Assembly (NCBI GenBank): GCA_051362555.1
Contig: CM120649.1
Location: forward strand, 6,758,001-6,822,000
Reading direction: 5' to 3'
DNA length: 64,000 bases
DNA from: Lingula anatina
Taxonomy: Eukaryota; Animalia; Brachiopoda
Both the position numbers and the translations under genes were made by a program. Under the pieces are notes generated by a model. It was not told the origin of the DNA, ran no database searches, and worked only from the letters and a program-made list of their open reading frames with translations. Positions 13,101-32,783 of this stretch are shown here, in pieces. Each line of letters starts with the position of its first letter. Position 1 is the first letter of the stretch.

Positions 13101-16100
13101 ACTGACCCCAGAAAAAATACTGCTTATAAATAAATTGGTAAATCCAATCTAAAATTAGTCTGCTCATGAACACAGCCTAAATTGTACACTTTTCCAGAGC
13201 AAGTTCAGAACATGAAGGATGTGATAATGAATTCAGTGAGATGAACTACAGCCTTGTGCATCACTTACCTTTCTTTCTTAATCCAAGGCTGCATTTCCAG
13301 TCAATTTGTGACAGCTTAATTAAGTACAGGCTATCTTTGTTTACTGTACAATTACAACTTTCAGTTATTGTATACATAGTAAGCATTTAATATCATTTTA
13401 GGTCCAACACAGAGCCTGTAAATGTAACTGAAACTGCATTTAATGCTCCATTAAAGTTTTTGTCATTCATATCATTAATATAATTGTGGGAAGTCAATCT
13501 ATGGACGCATGACCTTAGCTACCATCCAGAGGGGCTGAGAGAGATTGACTAAGGCTCTCCCACCAGCTGAGACCGAGTCCATCTGTGACCTAATTAAGGC
13601 TGTCACAACTTGCTTGAAAATGCACCTTAAGACCTACCTTGTGATTGTGAAGTTCAGCTTCTGGTTGTGGTGGTGATGATGATTATGATGATGACAAAGG
13701 TACCAAGTCTTTTTAAGTCAAAAACTGATTTCAAAACTTAAGCATACATTATTGAAGATAGACATGAATAGTTGGCAGTGCATTTTACTCTGTGGTTTAA
13801 TAAGTTTTTTTTTAAATCAGGATTGGACTTGGTACATTTGCTGCTGATGAAGCCAAAAACATCATTTGTGACAAAAAACATAACTTATATTCAGAATGTT
13901 TCATTTCTATCATTCAAATAATTATTGTATAACTCAACCCTGAGATAAAGATATACATTTTTAATTTCTTGAAATTGTTGCCTCCAGCAGATTTAACATT
14001 TAACAGCCAGGGCAAAGATCCAAGACTTGTTGGAAATTACAATACACATCAGTTCTTTGGCTTGTAAAGAACTTCGAAGTAAACACTTATGTTAAATGCA
14101 GATTAAAATTTGTTTTTTCTACACTGACTTCTTGGCATAATTACAATTACTAACAAGATCATTGATACAATAACAAGTCTCTTCACTTTGCCTATATGAC
14201 CTTGACCCTACAGTGACCTTGACCTGACCTGACCTACCTCTGATGCCTTTTTCCATGTATCGATGTTCTTTCTTTGTGCCTTAGTGAAGTGGTCCCAGGC
14301 CTTCTGTTTAGTGGCCGCCTTAAACACGCTGACAATCTGCTCCACTTGAGGGTAAAATAGAGGCAAGGAGGCAGTGAAGATGATGCTTTAAAGAGAGCAC
14401 CCCACCTAATTAAAGGGGTGTACCAAGAAGACACAAACCTTATTCTGACAGCATTTGTAAAGGCAGGGGAGAGGACATAGAAGCTGGTAGTTTTGGGAGC
14501 AATGCTGATGTAAATGTACACACAGAGAAAAAAGTGACCCAGATACAAGTTATTACTGGTAGGTAATCATTGGTTTAAAGTAAATGAATTAACTGTGCTC
14601 TGCAGAAGAGATAATAGGCCTACACACATTCTGCAGCACAGAAAACCACTCATAATTTCTGAAATACTTGTTTTACAATAAACTGATATTTTTTCAAATT
14701 CAAAGTAGAAATCTCTGAATGCACAAATACAAAAAGCTCCCCACTCTCCAAAATTCTCCTCATAATAAGGGCGGTGAGCCAGGATTTCTATTTACTTACC
14801 TTGCTGCTGTCTTTCTTTGTACTTATGAACCAACTGATGTTTCTAATTTGCCTAATTTCGCTTAATTCATATCTACAATAAATATTTTTTTGCAATAAAT
14901 CATAGTGACTGCTCATTGGACTTATTCCAAATTTAAATCTGCTGTATTTGTGGCTTCACTAATAACCAAATCATGAGAAGAATTTTGAAAAAGTAAAATT
15001 ATATATACAATTACTGCTGTCCTGCTGCGACCTTGGCACCTGGATGGCTGACCTTGACCTACTTACTAAAAATAGAAGTACGTGTCTGAACTGAACTGAA
15101 CTCACACAAGGTTCCGTCATCTTCTTTAGGACCTGAAATGTCTTTCTGCACTTGTAATATAACATACCATGACTTCTGAAATGAAAGCTCTTCTTTTCTC
15201 TCTATCTCTCAATCACACACACACACACACACACATGCAGGCATGGGCGCAGGTATGCACACACTTACACATACTTTCCAATTCCCATTCTTCCATTTTT
15301 TCCACAAGACTTTGGCACATTGCCTACTCATTCCGTTGATCAAATCTTCCAATGTTTTTTCTTTTTTATTCATATTTACCTTCTCAGCAACTCAAAATTT
15401 ACGAGCAAAATAAATGGGGATCAAACAAGCAGCAGATTCTTAAAAAATTGTTTTTAAAAGAATTAAAAGACAAACACATAGGCTACTCGCAGGATTTAAT
15501 TATCATCTATCACAATTAATTTTTCTCCATCAAATTGATTACCCATTATTTTTTTTATAATCAGAAACAATTTGAGCATCCTGTCCATAATTCACTGATT
15601 TCAAGTTTCCCATTTTGGCTACAATAAAGTATTTGTCAAAATCACTGGCTTTTTGTCTGCAAAAAAACATCAAGCAAACTATGCACTTTCTACAATTTCA
15701 TTGTATAATTCTAATTCATACTACATTCTCTACCTTCCCTTGCCTTCTGGAAAAAGATAATTCTCCTGAAACCGAACCAATGCTTGATACTTACTCTGCC
15801 TCAGAATGCCCTCAAAACGCTGGCGGAATTTCTCCTTAATCTGCCGAACTTCCTCTTCGTGCTGCTGCTTTTCATTGAGAAGACGCCGCACGTGAGAGTG
15901 CGTGCTCTGAACCATGGTGTAGAAAGATGTGGCTGTGCGCTTGTTGCAGTCGCCTCGCTCCAACCATGTGACCAAGATGGCGGAGGCTTTAATGAAGGTG
16001 CTATCATCTGGAATAAATTAAAAAACCAGATCCATTAACATTACAGAATTTTACAATTTTTATAAATGTAAGCAACTCTGATGTCATCCCACAGCATGCA

Positions 16101-18871
16101 TACTCCCAGTATAATTTTTCAGTCTCCAAACTACAAACTGTTTTCATCTCTAAAACATCCATTGAAAAAGAAAGGTAGGTACTTCTCTTTCTGTTGAACT
16201 CGAAGAATCACACTAGAACAATTAGGCAATTTGTTTAAAGGAAGGCAAAGAACATTAGACATTTTGTCGATATATATTGTTGGTCTGATGAAACATAACT
16301 TATGTAGAAAAATACTTAGTATCTTCATATTGTAGTGCAATATGACAGTAAAGATTTCATGCACACGAATATTGTTATAAAGTTTTTTAAAATCCTATTT
16401 CATCAATCAATTAATCAGCTGACTCCTCAACAGCCATTAAAAGGACACAAGACAAGCCTAATCAATACCTTTCAACTTTTCTATCAGTGCCTGAGCCTCA
16501 TGGTCAGAGTAATGGATGGTTGGTGGCGGGCTCGGGGGTCTCAATCTCTCTTCTTCGAGTCTCTCCTGGTGACGCCTTTCACGAAACAGGGCTCTTTCTC
16601 TGCACTCCCATTCATACAAATCATCACGGGCCTGGGCAAAGTCTACATGTAGGCGACCTGTGTTGGGTTTATCTGTCTGTTCCCCTATCTGCATCCTGTA
16701 CCCTGTGGAATAATAATTATGTTGACTATAAAGGCTGCCTAATTCTGCTTTGTTTTATAGCTAGACTCACTAAAATGCACAATTATATGTCTTTTAGAAT
16801 AAGTAATGTAATACCTCCACCTTTTGTTAGTCACACTATAGTTTGTGGTTTTCAGAATCTATGAATGTAAACATGTTCTCACACCCCTCAGTAAATTATT
16901 ATTATCAGGCAGTCCCATTTTATTTTTCTGACTCCCATTTACACTACAATAGCTAATCTTTTTTTCTAAAAAAGAAAACATGCTGCTGCCTTTTGATTAA
17001 AATTCCAGAACTAAATACTTAATACAAAGAAGATTATTCAAATTGCAGTTATATCAGGGTACAGTTCACAATTTGATTGCTTCACCTGACAAGGCTATTG
17101 CAGCATCCACAAAATGCTCATAGTCAAACCTAACATGAGCAAAATTCTTCTTGCTCATTCTAATGCTGGTGATGCTACCACAGGAGGACTCAAACAACTC
17201 TCTGATCATCTCTTCTGTGCAGTTCTCAGGGAAACCCCCTACAAACACTGTCCTGCAGCCTGGTGGACGCTCTCGCGTGGATGGTGGAGGGGCACCTGGT
17301 GAATACATGGTGAAATAGGTTTATTGTCCTTTTTGAATACATAAGTTATCATAATGATGCATTTATGAAGATCTACAAAAAAGATGTTATGTCCTACCAA
17401 GGATTTCCACCCCTAGCTTGGATAGGACATTATATCTTTTTAGTAGATTTTCATTGATGCATCATTATGATAACTTATTCATTTCCTAAAGATCTATATG
17501 GTGATTTGACATGAATCTTTTTGTGAATACATGAAAACAATGAGGTACATATTACATGAAGTGTAGTTCATAACACAACACCATACTACACTACTTGTTA
17601 TGTTTTTGTATTTATCTTGACTCATAGTTATATTTTTCAATTTGTAGTTTGTGCTTCTAGAGTCTTTCTGCAAGCAGGCACTAGGCCAGTTGCATGCTGT
17701 GTTGTTAACCTTACCTGGAGGAGGAGGGATAAGTTTAAAGGTCTCAAATGTCAGTGGCTCCCTCTGCTGCATCTCCATGGGGGGCATAGGACCCATAAAA
17801 CCACCAAACTGAAAAGATGAAACAGACTCTGGCATTTAAAAAAATTTAAAAGAATCTATTTAAAAACAGTTAGCTTTTCCCTACTTATTTTGCATTTTTT
17901 GGCCCTTTTTTTTTTTTACTATTTCTTGATATTTCATTATCATTTTAGTTCATATTACATTTTATAAAAAGAATGTGTACAAAATTTACCCAAAAAAAAA
18001 AAAAAAAAATCCTAAACACCAAGTTTCAAGTAACAAGAAGGAAGCAGTCTGACACTAGATGTCATTTTACAAAACAAGCCCATACCTGTCCGTATCCCAT
18101 GGGTCCCCAGCCCATCATATTGGGATCTCCCATCATGGGACCAAACTGCATTGGTCCTGCCATCTGTCCCGTCATCTGTCCTGCCATTTGTCCCATAGGT
18201 CCCAGCATACCAGGCCCCATTACTCCAGGACTGTGCATGTTCATCTGACTCTGATTAGTATTGGCTGCATTAATGTCCATTAGACCTACAGAAATTGTAA
18301 ATTAAAAGGCTTAGTTTTAACAAATAAATAAACACTTTTACAAAGCTTATCTTGACAAAATCTTTGCATGCTTGCCAAGTTCAAACTTTCCAGAGTACTA
18401 CTCATTCAGGACATATTGGGTCTGAAAAATACTGGCCCAAGCAGATATGGCAGCCAGTAATTATACAAACTTAAGATATTTATTGGTTCAGTTTCAATAT
18501 TGCAATGTACAACCTACAACTGAAATTTGGAAAAAGTGTTTTATATATTTTTCATATATTAATCCTTTTTTATATGTGTGTGTGTGTGGGGGGGGGGGGG
18601 GGGGGGAGCTACATATTTTCTCACCTGCTCCAGGTACCGATCCTGGACCTTTTATTTGACCAGGAGGTCCAGCTGGCCCTGGTGGGATCTTCTGCATCTG
18701 CATCACCAACTTCTCCTGGTGCTCTTTTTCCTCTGTGGACATCGGCATCGGGGGTTTGTTCTTGTTGATATTGAACTGGAGGGGCTGGTTGTTCATGGCA
18801 GGGTGCATCATTTGGTTTAGGTGCCCTGGGGGTGGGGGAGGGGGCTGGATGGGGGGCTGGCCGCTATGCAT
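10129..18871 (-). CDS. ENOX: Ecto-NOX disulfide-thiol exchanger (ENOX1/2-like, RRM plus coiled coil), copy A, about 676 aa, 11 coding exons
   Basis: Exons 18625-18871, 18086-18285, 17715-17808, 17086-17295, 16469-16702, 15795-16007, 14238-14344, 12044-12152, 11623-11783, 10684-10906, 10129-10361 join in frame with GT-AG ends (2031 nt). Hallmark ENOX motifs: PPPSTRERPPGCRTVFVGG, GRLHVDFAQARDDLYEWEC, KAWDHFTKAQRKNI, FLHAHPFGASVDYIWSYL. Confidence 0.92.
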
Positions 18872-20350
18872 TCCTGAAATATATATTTATACATGTACAG
18901 TATATCTCTTTATCTGACTGTGCACAGATAGTAATATTAAGGGGTTAACTGCATTTAAATAAAGAAGAAAGAAATGAACCATAGCCATCAATCAAAAAAT
19001 TTTTCTTAATCTTGACAAAACTGTTTGCTTGAAATAATAAGCAAAACGTCACAATGGTATGAGATAACTGAATAAATTAATTGGGTAACAAATTATAAAC
19101 ATTGTTTTCCTAAGCACCCTCATCCTCATTCTTAACTCATCTCTCAGTCGTAAAATATAAATACTTTTGCATTCGAAGATCATATGAACGCCTCGATATT
19201 TATAGTAAAACGCACCTTGTGTTCCGATATTCAAACCCAAAAAGGCAAAAGGACTTGACATCGTTCACCACAGTTCAGTGTTCGCTGCAGCTCGCCTTAC
19301 CCACCCTAGTAGGTCACAGATTCTGTGTCCTTTCTTTCTCTCTGTAGATTTTCACCAGATACAGAAACAGACTAGCTGGCCATCAGTCCGGCCAACATTT
19401 GAGAGGGATCTTGATATTAAAGACAACTGCTGAAGACTTTTTCAGTAATACATAATTTATTTTTTCCTCGTTTAAGGTTGTTAGACACGGAAAAGAGTCA
19501 TCTAATGAATATAAAACTACAGGACTGGATTATATGATCAAAGATCATAAGCGAGGGATATATGGGTTGAGCAAATCTACAGGGTTGAGAATAACTTTAA
19601 TTTGCCTAACAACTTATAATAATGATCTATTTTACATAACAATAACACATTTTCAGATCCAAGACCAATTTTAGGTGTTAGGCTGTAAAAGGAATTTGAT
19701 GAAACTAAAGGAGGAAAGTGTTCATCTAAAGTTCATCTAATAAGGCTAGTTCTAATATAATCTCCAATTTAGCCATAAGAACCTTTCTTTTAAGTTAGAG
19801 AATAACAAACACTGCTCTTCTCTGATGATATTTACACCGAAAGTGTCAATTTTGATGTGATAATACATAACACTTAACAGCATAATCCACAACTTATTGG
19901 TTAAGTACCACTTTATATGACATCAAGTCTTTTTGTCTTTTCAACTATTTTGAATTCAATAAACTCTTATAATCCAGTGTCAGTGGTTCTTATAGTATCA
20001 CTCCATTTTCCATTGAGCAACAGTATATCTGACATTGCTTCTTCGTCTCTTCAACTGCTTCAAACTAAATAAACTTCAGCAGACATTCAAGTGGGTCTCT
20101 TACTTCTTCTTTTCACCTGGTCTTACATGAAGTCATCACTTTATATTAGTAGGAGCCCAAGAGTCTCTTTACTGGCCTTAAATTAAAGTTAAACTCCCTG
20201 CCAAAGTGGTTCAGTTTTCTTTTGAACTTGACTTTACATGAAGTCATCACTATAAATGGGTCTAAATCCTGATCCACTGTCTCAAATTAAACCTGAACTT
20301 GCACTTTAAGTCTGGAACTTTACTCCCCCTACTTTGCCGATGCAGAGTTT

Positions 20351-29048
<8,698 letters not shown>

Positions 29049-29334
29049 TCCTGAAATATATATTTAATTTATATATCTTTTTATCTGACTGTGCACAAAA
29101 GGTCATTTGAAGGGGTCAACTGGATTTAAATAAAAAAAGAGAAATGAACCATAACAATCAATCTAAATATGATTCTTAATCTTGACAGAATTGTTTGCCT
29201 GAAATAATAAGCAAAACTGGTGCAACGGTATCATGAGATAACTGAATAAATTATTAACATTTCTTTCATAAACACCCACATCCGTTGGCATTGTTAACTC
29301 ATCTCTCGGTCGTAAAATATAAATACTTTTGCAT

Positions 29335-30091
29335 CACGCTCGGCTGTCATCTTGATTGGATAGTAAACGGTTGTCGTAAAATCGCTAAAAGATATTAAAA
29401 CCCGGTGCATAAACTTGAAAACCACCTAGGACAACCTCAGACTGCCACATTAATCCAATACAATGCAAAAATAAACTATAACAAGTGGTTAAAGCCTTCA
29501 AACCGAATGTCGTAAAGTCCCCATATACCTCCATAGAGACAATAAAATAGAATAAGCTTCTGAAACAAGAAAAATCCAGTTCCAACATAATAATCGAAAT
29601 AAAATACTGCCGGGCATCGGAGCGGCCTAAAACTTGGCACGCTTACCGCAAATACTGCAGGCTACATCATCCCGTCGCTCGTTTGTAAATTCCGTGCATG
29701 GCATACGCACAATCAAACCGTATATCCAAATTGCACCTCTGATGTTTGAATTGGTCCTCTCTACAATCCAATTCAGGAAATGACGTAACCGCAGAGGTCG
29801 CATTGTCCAATGGCATGGCTTCTTTTTCGTAATGGTAGGTTAGGTTGGAACTGGATTTTTCTTGTTTCAGAAGCTTATTCTATTTTATTGTCTCTATGGA
29901 GGTATATGGGGACTTTACGACATTCGGTTTGAAGGCTTTAACCACTTGTTATAGTTTATTTTTGCATTGTATTGGATTAATGTGGCAGTCTGAGGTTGTC
30001 CTAGGTGGTTTTCAAGTTTATGCACCGGGTTTTAATATCTTTTAGCAATTTTACGACAACCGTTTACTATCCAAGGTGACAGCCGAGCGTG
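29335..30091. mobile_element. Non-autonomous foldback DNA element, 757 bp, TIRs of about 250 bp, 8-bp TSD TTTTGCAT
   Basis: 29335-29586 is the near-perfect reverse complement of 29844-30091. TTTTGCAT at 29327-29334 and 30092-30099. The paralogous site in copy A (about 19166) is empty with a single TTTTGCAT. Confidence 0.93.
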
Positions 30092-30299
30092 TTTTGCATT
30101 CCAAGATGACGTAAACGTCTCGATAATTATAGCTAAACGCACCTTGTGTTCCGATATTCAAACCCAAAAAGGCAAAAGGACTTGACATCGTTCACCACAG
30201 TTCAGTGTTTGCTGCAGCTCGCCTTACCCACCCTTGCAGGTCACAAATTCTGCGTCCTTTCCTTCAATCTGAATATTTTCACCGGGTAAAATAATGGAC

Positions 30300-30635
30300 T
30301 AGCTGACCTTCAGTCCAGATGATGCACCTCAAGATTTTGGACTCCCGAACAGCAGAGAAAACAACGCAAAATTTATTTAGGTGTGCTGCAAGGAAAATTA
30401 TCCTCCCAAACAATGGAGTCGATTCTGGCATGAACGACACTTTGGTATAAATATATATATTCTACCAACTATCACATGAAAAACACATGTTATTTTTTAA
30501 TAAACTTTTAAACTTTGGTGATTTTCTTTTCTATTTGCCCACTTTTAGCATTAAGTATTTATTAAAGCAAAAGTAAATAAGTACGAAACTTATCATAATT
30601 TGGAGATAAACTCTGTGACAAGCACTTCCGGCGCC
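30300..30635. promoter_or_regulatory. Probable bidirectional promoter between ENOX copy B and MPI
   Basis: Head-to-head genes. ETS-type ACTTCCGG and YY1-type CGCCAT directly at the MPI ATG. Inferred non-coding ENOX first exon ends at donor G|GTAAGG near 30228. Confidence 0.55.
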
Positions 30636-31649
30636 ATGTCAAACCCGAAAGGTAAAAAAGGGGCGGGGGGATTTAAATGCACTTTTTGTCACTATGGAAA
30701 GGGTTATCTAGATATTTTGTCTGTATTTGTCACAATGTGTTTTGTGTGAAGCAAGATTGGGTTCAAAATCTTAGTAATTCATTGTAATAGTTTAGAAATT
30801 TGTCCACTGTCCACTGTCATTGATCCTAAGCCAAATACAGTATTCGTGGTTCATTTGTGAGCCAGTCAAAAAGTTGACTGTGATAATCACAAGGAACGTC
30901 ATATCTGCATTTCAAACAAGGAATGTGGGAGTGCAAGTTCTGTTATGGATCTGCTATCAACCAACGTTGAGTCATATTCCTCTCACCGTTTTATTCAAGC
31001 ATCAGTTGAAAATTTACTCGTTTATCAGCTGATTAAACATTAATTAAGGCAGCTTTGTAGTGTTGGCATGCCATTTATTATGATGCGTTTACCCATTACT
31101 GTAGAGTCTAATGCACAAAAATGAGTGTCATGTCTTATATATCAGATTACAATAAAGGTTCACAATAAGTGGCATGAAGCAACATTTCTTATAAGTTTGA
31201 TTCAAACCTTAGTATAAAGGATATATCCATTTCTCTCTTACAATATTTTCAACAGAATGTTACTCATTTGTATTTATTTTGTATTTTAAAAGTTTACTTG
31301 GCTTTTGGGGTTTTTTTTCTTATAAATATCTTCGTTGAAGTAAATTGTTTCAATTGGTAGACTTTGATTTAAATACAGTTCTCATATTTTTTAATCTTAA
31401 TGTTGAATACATGAAGTGCAATTAAAAGGATATGATATAGTCATGATATGCCATAACAATTGTTACATTTCCCCTATTATATTTTCCTGCAGTATTCCCT
31501 CTGAAATGTCCAGTGCAGACCTACCACTGGGGTAAAGTGGGAAAGGACAGTGAGGTAGCCAAACTGTCCCTCAGTGGAAACTCAGACTTCAAATTAGATG
31601 ATAAGACTACATATGCTGAGGTACGTATTATGTTCCATCAGGGTCACAA

Positions 31650-31686
<37 letters not shown>

Positions 31687-32286
31687 CGGTGAGATATTCA
31701 CAGCAATTTCTCTGGCCATTTTGTGGTCATTTCTTTACCATGTCCAGTGGAATTTTTTGAAAAAAAAAAATGAAAAAAAAAGACCTAACAAAGGGTAAAA
31801 AAATATACCTTAGGCATGTCTGACAAAAAGTATTTATAATGTCTTATGTGGGAAAAGTTGCTTTCATGGTAACAAAATTACACAGTGGAACCCTTAAATA
31901 AAATATGAAAAAATATTATTGATACGAGAATTCATTTACAGCTATGGATGGGCACACACCACAAAGGGCCATGCATTCTAGACAGACCTAACATGGATAA
32001 CACCACACTGGCACAATGGGTGGCAAAGAACCAGGATGACCTAGGGTCCAAGGTCAAGGCCAAATTTCAAGGTCAACTTCCATATCTCTTCAAAGTCCTC
32101 TCAGTGAACATGTCCTTATCAATACAGGCACATCCAAACAAGGTATGATTGCCCACTTGATAATTGAAAGAGTGAAATCATTTTAAGTACTTTTTTTTCA
32201 CTCTCAGAGATGACTGTTTTGAAATCTGTAGATTTACATGTTTGTATAGTGCACATATTTTGCATAACCTACAGTATTTACTTCTT

Positions 32287-32346
<60 letters not shown>

Positions 32347-32704
32347 TCCATTCCTTCTTAATGCTGGAGCAGTATTTTGCCTATTATACCAATTATATTC
32401 AAGTGATAATCTCATGTTGACAGTGACCTTTCTAACCTTGTATTGACCTTTGACCTCCAGTCCCATGCTGAGCAGCTCCACAAAGACCACTCCGACAGAT
32501 ACCCTGATCCCAACCACAAGCCAGAGATAGCTATAGCACTAACTCCCTTCCAAGGCATGTGTGGTTTTAGACCCATAGAAAAATTGGTTAAGTTTTTAAA
32601 AGGTGAGAAATTACAAAAATGTACTTTTTTACACAAAGTAAATAAAGTAAATGTGGTAAATATGGTAAGAAAATGCCCCTCCCCCATCCCCCCCCTCACA
32701 CACA

Positions 32705-32783
<79 letters not shown>

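Noticed and set aside
13265-13665. Donor-like sites at about 13270 and 13638 in an ENOX intron
   Set aside because: No convincing acceptor or frame-consistent exon, and candidate lengths differ between copies.
29385-30045. Two identical 66-67 aa ORFs on opposite strands
   Set aside because: They are the two TIR arms of the foldback element, with non-ATG starts and no domain.
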